Shown here one piece after another: positions 53,462 through 62,876 of a stretch of 64,000 nucleotides of DNA. The translations under genes and the position numbers were made by a program. The stretch is from assembly GCA_046497465.1 (NCBI GenBank), contig JAWOFO010000043.1, positions 14,966-78,965 of the forward strand. The letters are read 5' to 3'. Source of the stretch: Desulfobia sp. (GTDB lineage: Bacteria > Desulfobacterota > Desulfobulbia > Desulfobulbales > SURF-16). Numbering within the stretch: the first letter of the stretch is position 1; each line of letters opens with the position of its first letter. The notes beneath the pieces were generated by a model. That model was not told the DNA's origin. It ran no database searches and was given only the letters and a program-made list of their open reading frames with translations.

Positions 53462-56104
53462 CTAGTTTAACAGACCTTTAATCAGGGACTTAGTGAGATT
53501 AATGGCCCTGGGATGTCTCATAATAAGAACATCACCGCCTGCCAGCAGCATACAGACAGCTGTTATCGCCTCTATCATGACACCCCGTCTTTCCATATCA
53601 CCCATCATATCATCGGTTGGCAGCTTACATTCCTTGGCCTTCCATACCTGGACTCCCAGGTTGCAAACCATGCTGTTCTGCAGTTTTTCATCCTCCTGGG
53701 TAAGAGCGGCAAGTCTTATTCTCTCCATAACTGAATAGGTATACTCTATACCATAGCCCAGAGCACCTATGGATGGATCCATCAAAACAGTATCAAGAGA
53801 TACCCCCAGATTTTCCAGAAGGATATTCAACTGTTTGGCCAGATTGACATCAATAGGTGAAGAAGCGACCAACGGATACTGAAAAGCCATGGCCGTAGCC
53901 CCTAATGATTTATAGTTGGTATCCTCCAAGGGGGCCAGACAGACCTTTTTATCTCCAATCTGGGCGGTTATCTCCCGCAGGCTTTCCGTATCTCTTTCAG
54001 AATTACCGCATCCCCAGACAATAATGGGAATATCAATACTGTTAATCACCTGGGCCGCATCCCTGGCCGCTTCCGACGCTGGCCTGTTCATTCCATTGGG
54101 ATCAGTACTGCCCAGAGACAGACTGATGGCTTCAGCTTTATAGTCGTTGATACACTTCTGGGCCCAGGCCAGGGGATTCTCCAGGACATCCTCAAAATGA
54201 CGGGTAAGAGATTCAGGCCATTCTTCCGGCTTGATATCCGGCACTTCCATGGCGATAAGAGGTTTATTGGGCATACTGCCCTCAAACCCATGAAAAGGCA
54301 GGACCTCCTCACCTCCGATCTTTACCTGGTTATCTCCATAACCGAGAACAGTCTCCCTGATCCGTCCGGTATATTTCATCATATAAGAATCTGGTGGCAC
54401 TTTGGAGGCCCTTTCACTCAAAGAAGTTTTTTCCGGGGCCAATTCGGCGGCTGAGAGTTCTTCACTGACCGGAGGGCTTGCCTTTTTTTCGGTTTTTGAA
54501 ACCGTCTCTTCGGCCTTTTTGACCTTCTCTGATTTCTTAACTCTCTCCTCCTTAACCGCCTCCGCCTTTCCGGCCTCCTCGGCTTTTTTAACCTCTTCCG
54601 CCTTTCTGGCTTCCTCGGCCTTTCTGGCTTCTTCGACTTTCCTGGCCTCCTCGGCTTTCCTGGCCTCCTCGGCTTTTTTAACCTCTTCCGCCTTTCTGGC
54701 TTCCTCGGCTTTTCTGGCTTCTTCGACTTTCCTGGCCTCCTCGGCTTCTCGGGTCTCTTCAGCCTTCTTCGCCTCCTCGGTTTTCCCGGCTTCTTCGGCC
54801 GCACTTTTCCTGAAAGGAGTTGTATCGGCACTGGTCCTGAAAGACTCCCTTTTTAAGACAGCTTCAGCCCCTGCAAAATTAACAAGGGCTTCAAACTGAT
54901 CATCACTCAGATTCAAGGATTTCTTCAATGCCTTAAGACCATTATTGACTGCTTCCAACGCCAATCGACGTTCTCTTTCATTCATCTCCTGTGCTCCTGC
55001 ATCGTCTCCAACTAAAAACTCCTCTTTCCGTTTGACCTGTTCCCGGGCAGTATCTACTATTTCCGCCGCCTCAGCTCTGGCCTCGGCAAGGATGCGTTCC
55101 CTCTCCTCGTCCGCCTCTTCATCTAAGGACCCGGTTACCATGACAGCTTCCCTGCCGGCCTGCCCTGCCAAGACTTCCGGAACCTCTACCACGGGACGTT
55201 CCTCAAGACCCGCCCGCCTGACAATTTCCCGGACAGCCTCTTCCCATTCAATAGCCATTATGTGGACACCTGCCAGACCTTCAATTTCCTTCAGCTGACC
55301 GATTATATCAACACAAATATTTATACCTTCGTCAGCTTTATCAGAGGCACCTTTCAGCCTTTCTATAACATCGTCAGTAACATCCAGACCTGGGACATTC
55401 TTTTTCATATACCTTGCCATACCCAGAGATTTAGGAGGAGTAACCCCGGCCAGGATATAGGCTTTTTCATGTACACCCAGATCACGTACCATTTCCATAA
55501 ATTTCCTGAATTTATCAATATTATAAACGATCTGGGTCTGAACAAAATCTGCCCCATTGGCAACTTTTTTTGCCAGCCGGGGAGCCCTGAACTCAAAGGG
55601 ATCGGCAAAGGGATTGGCGGCACAGCCGAGGAACAGTTCAGGTACACCTGTCTTTATCTCTTCCCCGCACTGAAACTCCTTATTATCCCGCATGCCCCTC
55701 ATCATTCCCAGCATCTGTATGGAATCCATATCAAAAACCCCTTTGGAACCGGGATGATTACCAAACTTCTGATGATCTCCAGTCAGGCAGAGAAGATTCT
55801 TGAGACCCAAAGCAGAAGCTCCAAGTATATCGCTTTGCATCCCAATACGATTTCTGTCCCGGCAGGTCATCTGGATTACAGGTTCAATACCTTCCTGTAA
55901 GGCAAGCAGGCCGGCACCTATACTGGACATTCTGACAATTGCGGTCTGGCAGTCGGTTATATTAACTGCATCCACATGGCCTTTAAGCAGCCCGGCCTTC
56001 TTTCTGACCACCTCTGGATCACCACTTTTAGGCGGTCCTAGTTCTCCGGTAACGGTGAATTCACCCGAGGTGAGAATTTTTTCTAGTCGGCTTCCAGATT
56101 TCAT
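53462..56104 (-). CDS. fusion protein: N-terminal methylene-THF reductase (MetF-like), a charged repeat linker, and C-terminal corrinoid Fe-S protein small subunit (AcsD / CdhD)
   Basis: 880 aa. The N-terminal part of about 300 aa has VDAVNITDCQTAIVRMSS...CLTGDH...FVQTQIVYN (MTHFR family). The middle has (KAEEAR)n. The C-terminal part of about 310 aa has VKIGGEEVLPFHGFEG...IIVWGCGN...MDPSIGALGYGIEYTYS (AcsD family). Confidence 0.8.
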   Translation of the reverse strand: MKSGSRLEKILTSGEFTVTGELGPPKSGDPEVVRKKAGLLKGHVDAVNITDCQTAIVRMSSIGAGLLALQEGIEPVIQMTCRDRNRIGMQSDILGASALGLKNLLCLTGDHQKFGNHPGSKGVFDMDSIQMLGMMRGMRDNKEFQCGEEIKTGVPELFLGCAANPFADPFEFRAPRLAKKVANGADFVQTQIVYNIDKFRKFMEMVRDLGVHEKAYILAGVTPPKSLGMARYMKKNVPGLDVTDDVIERLKGASDKADEGINICVDIIGQLKEIEGLAGVHIMAIEWEEAVREIVRRAGLEERPVVEVPEVLAGQAGREAVMVTGSLDEEADEERERILAEARAEAAEIVDTAREQVKRKEEFLVGDDAGAQEMNERERRLALEAVNNGLKALKKSLNLSDDQFEALVNFAGAEAVLKRESFRTSADTTPFRKSAAEEAGKTEEAKKAEETREAEEARKVEEARKAEEARKAEEVKKAEEARKAEEARKVEEARKAEEARKAEEVKKAEEAGKAEAVKEERVKKSEKVKKAEETVSKTEKKASPPVSEELSAAELAPEKTSLSERASKVPPDSYMMKYTGRIRETVLGYGDNQVKIGGEEVLPFHGFEGSMPNKPLIAMEVPDIKPEEWPESLTRHFEDVLENPLAWAQKCINDYKAEAISLSLGSTDPNGMNRPASEAARDAAQVINSIDIPIIVWGCGNSERDTESLREITAQIGDKKVCLAPLEDTNYKSLGATAMAFQYPLVASSPIDVNLAKQLNILLENLGVSLDTVLMDPSIGALGYGIEYTYSVMERIRLAALTQEDEKLQNSMVCNLGVQVWKAKECKLPTDDMMGDMERRGVMIEAITAVCMLLAGGDVLIMRHPRAINLTKSLIKGLLN
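54540..54800. repeat. 18-bp-periodic coding tandem repeat with a superimposed 90-bp duplication
   Basis: GGCTTTTTTAACCTCTTCCGCCTTTCTGGCTTCCTCGGC... recurs at 54581 and 54671. It encodes EEARKVEEARKAEEARKAEEVKKAEEARKA twice. Confidence 0.85.
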
Positions 56105-56204
56105 ATATTTCCTGTAAGTTATCTGTTAGTATCTCAAGTTTCAGTAACCATTCACCAAGGCCCGGGATATTCATGCCCGGGGCGGCCGATTATACCGGTT
56201 CTAT

Positions 56205-58193
56205 TTACACAGGTCCTTGACATCCAGCATCCTTTAAATTTGAATCTGTCATACCACGCCGCATCTCCATGTCAAAAAGCACCCTTTCTTTCTGCTTGTC
56301 AATTCCCAGCTCCCTGCGTTTATCATCAATATTGGCAATCATCCTATGGGCCAATTTTACGGGATCTTCTTCGATATCCCAGCACCCGCCGTAAATATCA
56401 TTGATTCCCTGAGTCAAGAAGCTACTGAAGTTTCCGGCTCCGGTGACAGGCAGACTCTGAAAAATCACATAACAACCGCTGGCAACAAAATACTGGCCGA
56501 TAGATACCGCCTTTTCACTCATCCAGCTCGGGGCGGTGCCGGCCATGGGTAATTCGGAGATATCATCCCCCAGCCCTCCTTCCCGGACCATTTCGGTCGC
56601 TGCAATCAGAAGCCTGCTGTTATCCACGCAGGAGCCGCAGTGAAGTACCGGCGGCATCCCGACAGCCTCACAGACTTCGGCCAGGCCGGATCCGGCCTCC
56701 CTGTAAGCTTCCGGACGGAGAAGGCCCGCCCGGCCCAGACCTGTGGCAGCACAACCCGTGGCCAGAACCAAGACATCGTTTTTAATCAGTTCACGGGCTA
56801 CAATCTCATGACGATTATCCATCATCTTGTAATTATCGCAACCGACTATGGCACCAACCCCTCTTATCCTGCCGTTGATGATATTATCATTCAAAGGACG
56901 GTAGCTGGCCCGGAACCTGCCGCCAAGGATATAGTTAATGGTCTCATGGCTGAAACCCACCACTGCATCAAATTTTGACTCTTCAGGGATATAATAATCC
57001 CCCCTGTTTTTGTAGTTGGCTATCGCCTTTTTCAGGATTTTTTTGGCACTTCCCAGAGGATCTTCCTCCTCAAACTGAATATGGATCGATTCAGGCATCT
57101 TGGCCCGGTAATTAGTGGTAATTATATCGGTATGGAAAGATCTGGCCACCTCGGAAACCGACTGCATTATACACTGGACATCAACCACCATTGCCTCGAT
57201 GACGCCTGTAGCCAAGGCCATTTCCTGTTGAATAAAACTGGCAGCCACCGGGATTCCCCGTCGCATCAGAATCTCATTACCAGTACAGCAGATTCCGGTC
57301 AGATTAAGCCCGCTGGCACCCGCTTTTTTGACCAGAGCCAGAATGTCTTCATCCTGGGCTGCGAGGCATAAGGATTCCGCCAAAAGCGGCTCATGACCAT
57401 GAACAGTTACATTAACCTGGTCAGATTTTAATACCCCGAGATCTACAGTCGCCCGTATCGGTACAGGAGTGCCAAACATTATGTCGGTCAGCTCAGTGGA
57501 AATCATGGAAGAACCCCAGCCGTCAGCCAGGGCACAACGACACCCCTGAAGCATCAGGTTATGATACTCCTGGTCAACTCCCATATGGGTCCGGTGCATT
57601 ATCTCCACGATCTCCCGGTCGATACCCCGGGGTTCAACCGTCATTCGCCTCCAGAGTTCCTGGCGTTTCCGGGGGGCCCGCTTCAGCATGGTTATAGGAA
57701 GATCGCTCTGTTTGCCGAAATCAGCCAAGGCTTTTTCGCCTACCTCCAGGGCAATATCTTCCTTTGATTTTCCCTCGGTCTCAACCTCAAAGACCCCGGC
57801 CAGCATGGCCAGCTTATCTTCATCCTTAATGGAATGCGGGCCACGGCCTTTAGCCGCATCTATAAACCCTTTAACCATCTCCCTGGCATGATCAGTATGA
57901 GCAGCTGCCCCGCCTGCTATTTTTCTGATGAAATTACGGGCGGCTACAGTATCGGCAGTTGCGCCGCATACACCTATCATATCCGGCACGCCATCTATAA
58001 TCTGACAAGGTCCCATATTACATATACAGCAACAGGTACCTCCGGAACCAAAAAGACAGGCCGACATGCCTCTGGCCTCTATCCGGTCATAGGCAGTAGT
58101 TACATTTTTAGAGATATCCCGGTCCAGGACATCCCGGGTCGACTTGCAGGTTATATCGTTACATACTTCACAACCGATAGGTGATTTCGCCAT
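56205..58193 (-). CDS. cooS: anaerobic carbon-monoxide dehydrogenase catalytic subunit
   Basis: 662 aa with N-terminal Cys clusters (CEVCNDITC, CCCICNMGPC) and C-cluster region motifs (HGHEPL, GCDNY, HCGSCVDNSR). Confidence 0.9.
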   Translation of the reverse strand: MAKSPIGCEVCNDITCKSTRDVLDRDISKNVTTAYDRIEARGMSACLFGSGGTCCCICNMGPCQIIDGVPDMIGVCGATADTVAARNFIRKIAGGAAAHTDHAREMVKGFIDAAKGRGPHSIKDEDKLAMLAGVFEVETEGKSKEDIALEVGEKALADFGKQSDLPITMLKRAPRKRQELWRRMTVEPRGIDREIVEIMHRTHMGVDQEYHNLMLQGCRCALADGWGSSMISTELTDIMFGTPVPIRATVDLGVLKSDQVNVTVHGHEPLLAESLCLAAQDEDILALVKKAGASGLNLTGICCTGNEILMRRGIPVAASFIQQEMALATGVIEAMVVDVQCIMQSVSEVARSFHTDIITTNYRAKMPESIHIQFEEEDPLGSAKKILKKAIANYKNRGDYYIPEESKFDAVVGFSHETINYILGGRFRASYRPLNDNIINGRIRGVGAIVGCDNYKMMDNRHEIVARELIKNDVLVLATGCAATGLGRAGLLRPEAYREAGSGLAEVCEAVGMPPVLHCGSCVDNSRLLIAATEMVREGGLGDDISELPMAGTAPSWMSEKAVSIGQYFVASGCYVIFQSLPVTGAGNFSSFLTQGINDIYGGCWDIEEDPVKLAHRMIANIDDKRRELGIDKQKERVLFDMEMRRGMTDSNLKDAGCQGPV

Positions 58194-58220
58194 GATAAGT
58201 TTCCTCGGATTACAAGACTA

Positions 58221-59102
58221 TTACAGTCCAGCAGCCTGCCTTGCGGACTGAACAGTATTTTTCATCAACATAGTTATAGTCATCGGACCGACTCCCCCGG
58301 GGACCGGAGTAATAGCAGAAGCCTTTTCTTTTATAGCATCAAAGTCGGCATCACCGGCCAGAATGGCTTTTCCCGCATCAGTCATTCCTATGCGGTTGAC
58401 TCCTACATCGATTACCACTACCCCTTCTTTTACCATATCAGCAGTAAGCATTTTGGGCACTCCGGCTGCAACAATAATGATGTCCGCCCTTCTGGTATGA
58501 ACGGACATATCCCTGGTCCGGGTATGACAGACAGTCACAGTGGCATTGCCGCCTTTTCTCTTCTGGAGCATAAGGTTGGTTATAGGTTTACCAACAATAT
58601 TGCTCCTCCCTATTATTACTACTTCAGCTCCGCTTGTCTCCACGCCGCTTCTGGAGAGAAGCTCAAGGATACCATGGGGAGTGCAGGGCAGAAAACACTG
58701 TTCTCCCAGCACCATCCTGCCGACATTTTCGGGATGAAAACCGTCAACATCCTTATCCGGACTAATGGCACTCAGTACTTTACCGTCATTGATATGTTCA
58801 GGTAACGGAAGTTGCACCAGAATACCATGGAACTTATCGTCCTTATTATACTTCTCTATCAGATCAAGCAGTTCCTTTTCAGTGGTACTCTCATCCAGAT
58901 TGATCTGTTGCGAATTGATTCCCAGGTTGTGGGCTGTTTTGTTCTTGGCATTGACATAGGACTGGGAGGCAGGATCCTCGCCTACCAGAATAGTGACCAG
59001 ACCGGGAACAACACCTTTCTCCTTAAGTTCGGCAACCTCTGCCCCCAATTCTTCCCTTATAACCTGAGCGTTTTCTTTACCACTAATAATTTTTGCACTC
59101 AT
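58221..59102 (-). CDS. folD: bifunctional methylene-THF dehydrogenase/methenyl-THF cyclohydrolase
   Basis: 293 aa with VGEDPASQSYV, LQLPLP, GRSNIVGKP and PVPGGVGPMT. Confidence 0.92.
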   Translation of the reverse strand: MSAKIISGKENAQVIREELGAEVAELKEKGVVPGLVTILVGEDPASQSYVNAKNKTAHNLGINSQQINLDESTTEKELLDLIEKYNKDDKFHGILVQLPLPEHINDGKVLSAISPDKDVDGFHPENVGRMVLGEQCFLPCTPHGILELLSRSGVETSGAEVVIIGRSNIVGKPITNLMLQKRKGGNATVTVCHTRTRDMSVHTRRADIIIVAAGVPKMLTADMVKEGVVVIDVGVNRIGMTDAGKAILAGDADFDAIKEKASAITPVPGGVGPMTITMLMKNTVQSARQAAGL

Positions 59103-59463
59103 TATGATCTCCTTGGCCGCTATGCTTTTACAGACAATACTTCTAAGTCCCTATAAACCCGGTAGAAAAATAAATACAGTCAACAATACTCAGAAAACCA
59201 GTTGTAATTTAAATAAAAACCCGGACAGGCAGATACTTTCAAATAAAAACGCAACTGATTAATTTATAAAAAATTTCAACTTTTCGCAATAAATTATTCT
59301 GTTTATAATGAATTTCAAGGGAGGTACAGTTTAGCTCATTGTTTAAAAAGCTTTTATACATGATAACTTGGAAGTGTAGAGTGAGGTCTTGTCGTCCCTT
59401 AGATCTGTTATAGACAAAAAAGGTCTTTTATTATCCTATAACTTTTCTGTATTACGGCCGAAA

Positions 59464-61677
59464 TTATCTTCTTTTGGCGAGATTGATCAGCACCTGGTTA
59501 GATTGGGAGAGCCGATTGACCAGCGTTCTGAAAAGATGTTTTGCTACCTTTGGGTGTTTTTCTATGATTTCCATCATCTTATCTCCCGGAAATCTTTTTA
59601 TTCGGGTACGGCCTTTGGATATAATAGAAGCCGAACGTGGTTCTCCGGAAATAGCTGACATCTCACCAAAGTATTCATGAGGTTCAGTAATTTCTGCTAT
59701 TTTATTCCCGTCTCTTACCACCATCAATGTTCCCTGAATAAGCTGAAAAAAATCAATATCTTTATTACCCTGATGAATTATAACATCACCATCCTCATAG
59801 TTTTCAATATCCGGATTAACAAGATAAGCAGGCAGACTCTCCTCCGTAATTACTGTTCGTTTCAAAACTTCGTCAAGGCTTGTTACCCCTTTTATAGCCT
59901 TTTGTATCGCTGCCCTGCGCAACGGCTTCATTCCCGACTGAATAGCCACTTTCCTGAGCTGATCTTCAGGGACTTCGGCATTAATCGCCTGAGCTACTTC
60001 ATCTGTCACTTCCATCAATTCAAAAAAACCCACCCTGCCTCTATATCCGGTACCGCGGCATTTGGGGCACCCTACCGGGCCATACAGGGTAAGCCCTTCC
60101 AGCTCTTCTTCTTCAAATCCGTAACTAAGGAGTTCCTCCCGGTCAGGAAGGGTTATAGGTTTCCGGCATTCAGTACAAAGCCTTCTTCCCAGCCTCTGGG
60201 ACTGAACCATAGTAAGGGAAGCGGAAAGCATGTAGGAGGGCACACCTATATCTATCAAACGAGCAATTGTGGCGGGGCTGTCATTGGTGTGGAGGGTGGA
60301 GAAAACCAGATGGCCGGTCATTGCGGCCTTAATGGCAATCTCGGCGGTTTCTATATCTCTTATCTCCCCGACCATGATTATATCCGGATCCTGGCGAAGA
60401 AAGGCTTTCAGTGCTGCGGCAAAAGTCATTCCCACTTCATCCCGGACATTGACCTGATTTATACCCTTGAAGTTGAACTCCACCGGATCTTCTGCAGTCA
60501 GCAGCTTGTTATCTTCAGTATTAAGAGAGTTAAGGGCAGAGTAAAGGGTTACAGTCTTACCGCTGCCGGTAGGGCCGGTAACCAGGAGCAGCCCCTGCGG
60601 TATATTAAGGCAGCGCTTCAGGGCGACATAAGTATCTTCTTCAAAACCCAGTTTAGTCAAATCAACATTAAGAGAACTTTTGTCCAGAATACGGAGAACT
60701 ATACTCTCTCCCCATAAAGTAGGCAGAGTAGAGACCCGGAAATCAACCATCTTGGTCTTACCTACCCTCATTTTAATCCTGCCGTCCTGGGGAATACGAC
60801 GTTCAGTTATATCCAGATTGGCCAGGATCTTTAACCTGGAAATCAAGGCATTTTTTATGGAGAGAGGCAGATTCATGGCCCGGAAAAGTGCGCCGTCAAG
60901 ACGATAACGTACCTGGAGATTCTTCTCATAAGGCTCAATATGAATATCACTTACATCATCTTTAACCGCCTTGACCAGGATACCATTAACCAGCTTGATT
61001 ATGGGAGCATCGCCAAAAGAAAACTCCTCTGCTTCTTCTTCGCCCTCTTCCAGCTCAAGGGCAACTTCATCCGCAGCTTCCGAGGCAAGTGAGCCGAAAT
61101 CATCAATACTGATTATCTCTTCTTCATCTTCGGACTCGGCCCTCTCTCCTCCGAGCAGATTATTATAATCTTCATCAGTGATCTTGTAGTACTTTTTATA
61201 GGAATCCAGGATCTCTCTTTCAGTAGAAACGCCTACGGACAAAGTCATTTTCAATTCCGACTGAAACTCTTCCACTGCGGAAGTATCGGTAGGTTCAGCC
61301 ATAGTGACATATAGGATATCGTCTTTTATCCGCAAGGGCAGGGCACAGTATTTCTTAACCTTTTCATAGGGAATGTTCTTAAGGACCTGAGGAGTTGGAG
61401 ACTCCCGGGAGAGATCAACAGCCTTATAATTATGAAGACGGCTCAATACCTTGACAACCGTATCCTCATCTATGTAACCCTGCTGTACCAGAATGCTGCT
61501 CAACCGTTGGCCGGTTTTTTTCTGGATCTTTTTAGCACTCTTCAGTTGACTGGTAAGGATCTGCCCTTCCTTGCGCAGGATTTCACCAATCTTGGTCTTA
61601 CCCGCACCTGACTGATCCTTGACAGTTGATCTCAAAGAAGTCTGCTGCTTAGTTGTTTTTTTTGCGGCCTGGTTCAT
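59464..61677 (-). CDS. GspE/PilB-family secretion ATPase with an N-terminal MshEN-like domain and a C-terminal cyclic-nucleotide-binding-like domain
   Basis: 737 aa with Walker A GPTGSGKT, an Asp box, Walker B (IIMVGEIRD), a His box (TGHLVFSTLHTN), and the tetracysteine CTECR...CPKC. The last 120 aa or so resemble a cNMP-binding beta-barrel (FGEMSAISGEPRSASI). Confidence 0.8.
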   Translation of the reverse strand: MNQAAKKTTKQQTSLRSTVKDQSGAGKTKIGEILRKEGQILTSQLKSAKKIQKKTGQRLSSILVQQGYIDEDTVVKVLSRLHNYKAVDLSRESPTPQVLKNIPYEKVKKYCALPLRIKDDILYVTMAEPTDTSAVEEFQSELKMTLSVGVSTEREILDSYKKYYKITDEDYNNLLGGERAESEDEEEIISIDDFGSLASEAADEVALELEEGEEEAEEFSFGDAPIIKLVNGILVKAVKDDVSDIHIEPYEKNLQVRYRLDGALFRAMNLPLSIKNALISRLKILANLDITERRIPQDGRIKMRVGKTKMVDFRVSTLPTLWGESIVLRILDKSSLNVDLTKLGFEEDTYVALKRCLNIPQGLLLVTGPTGSGKTVTLYSALNSLNTEDNKLLTAEDPVEFNFKGINQVNVRDEVGMTFAAALKAFLRQDPDIIMVGEIRDIETAEIAIKAAMTGHLVFSTLHTNDSPATIARLIDIGVPSYMLSASLTMVQSQRLGRRLCTECRKPITLPDREELLSYGFEEEELEGLTLYGPVGCPKCRGTGYRGRVGFFELMEVTDEVAQAINAEVPEDQLRKVAIQSGMKPLRRAAIQKAIKGVTSLDEVLKRTVITEESLPAYLVNPDIENYEDGDVIIHQGNKDIDFFQLIQGTLMVVRDGNKIAEITEPHEYFGEMSAISGEPRSASIISKGRTRIKRFPGDKMMEIIEKHPKVAKHLFRTLVNRLSQSNQVLINLAKRR

Positions 61678-61741
61678 TCTTCTGAAAGTTTATAAAAGTT
61701 TAGAGTTCAAGGATTCAACCTATATCCTGAGTCTTTATTTG

Positions 61742-62755
61742 TCAACATATCCTGGGCAGAGGCTCACCGGCAAGGGGTGTTATCAGGCGTCTACCTCCTA
61801 TGCCGGTCACCATTTCAACCTTATCGGGAGATCCTCCTGTTACCGAACCAATAATAGCGGCGTCCCTGCCTTCAGGACGTCTCCGCATAATCTTTAGGGC
61901 CTCATCAGCCATTCCTGCTTCCACCAATACCAAACACTTCCCTTCATTGGCAATGTATAAAGGATCCAGGCCCAGGATCTCGCAGGCCGAACTTACCCCG
62001 GGCTTAACAGGCAAAGCCCTTTCTTCGATAGTTATCCCAACTCCGCTGCTGCCAGCAATTTCACACAAAGAAGTGGCCAGCCCTCCCCGGGTCGGATCCC
62101 TGAGGGTATGAAGTCCTTCGCCCAGAAAGTCACCTAATTCCCGGACCAGGAAATGCAAGGGCATACTGTCGCTAACAAAATCTCCCTCCAGTTCAAGCCC
62201 TGACCGCTGGGTCAGAATGGTTATCCCGTGATCGGCTAAAGTGCCGGAAAGGATGATCTGGTCTCCGGTTCTGGCCCGGGAAGCAGAAATATTAAGATCA
62301 ACAGCAAGGAAACCCAGCCCCGAAGTATTAATAAAAATACCATCGCCTTTTCCCCTGGGAACAACCTTTGTATCACCGGCAGCTACAACAACACCCGCCT
62401 TTTCGCAGGCCCGGGCTATTGAAGAAACAATCCGTTCAAGATCAAAGAGAGCAAATCCTTCTTCAAGGATAAAGCCCAGACTCAAACATACGGGGCTGGC
62501 TCCTCTCATGGCCAAATCATTGATCGTCCCGTATACGGACAGACTGCCTATATCCCCTCCAGGGAAAAAAAGAGGATCGACCACATAACTGTCTGTAGTA
62601 AAAACAAGCCGACCCCCTATTTCTCCGATAACAGCGCTGTCTTCGAGATCAGCAAGGAAAGGGTTATCCAGATGTTTCAAAAAAATATCACGAATCAAAT
62701 CCTGGCTGGCGAGACCACCACTGCCATGATCCAGGAGTACTTTGTCTTTGAACAT
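61742..62755 (-). CDS. hypE: hydrogenase maturation carbamoyl dehydratase HypE
   Basis: 337 aa with the AIR-synthase fold, LDHGSGG, and the C-terminal PRIC motif. Confidence 0.92.
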   Translation of the reverse strand: MFKDKVLLDHGSGGLASQDLIRDIFLKHLDNPFLADLEDSAVIGEIGGRLVFTTDSYVVDPLFFPGGDIGSLSVYGTINDLAMRGASPVCLSLGFILEEGFALFDLERIVSSIARACEKAGVVVAAGDTKVVPRGKGDGIFINTSGLGFLAVDLNISASRARTGDQIILSGTLADHGITILTQRSGLELEGDFVSDSMPLHFLVRELGDFLGEGLHTLRDPTRGGLATSLCEIAGSSGVGITIEERALPVKPGVSSACEILGLDPLYIANEGKCLVLVEAGMADEALKIMRRRPEGRDAAIIGSVTGGSPDKVEMVTGIGGRRLITPLAGEPLPRIC

Positions 62756-62876
62756 TATCGACTTAAAGTCCCGAGTTGTGTAAAAGAAAAATCCATTTTA
62801 AAAAGCCTCGTTACGTTTTTTGGCCAACATTCCGCCATGCTGGCCATGAAATCCTACCACTATTTAAAATAAAGAT

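Noticed and set aside
54402-54899. 165-aa (+) and 137-aa (-, 54418-54831) low-complexity ORFs
   Set aside because: They are alternative frames of the 18-bp coding tandem repeat in the MetF::AcsD linker. They are open only because of the repeat periodicity.
59275-59310. TTCAACTTTTCGCAATAAATTATTCTGTTTATAATG resembling a family-A terminus, and CTCAACTCCGGC at about 26460
   Set aside because: The similarity is short and degenerate with no partner end. It could be a decayed copy or chance, so it is not listed as a feature.
59677-60717. 346-aa plus-strand ORF
   Set aside because: It is antisense to the PilB-family ATPase gene, whose Walker, Asp and His boxes are on the minus strand.
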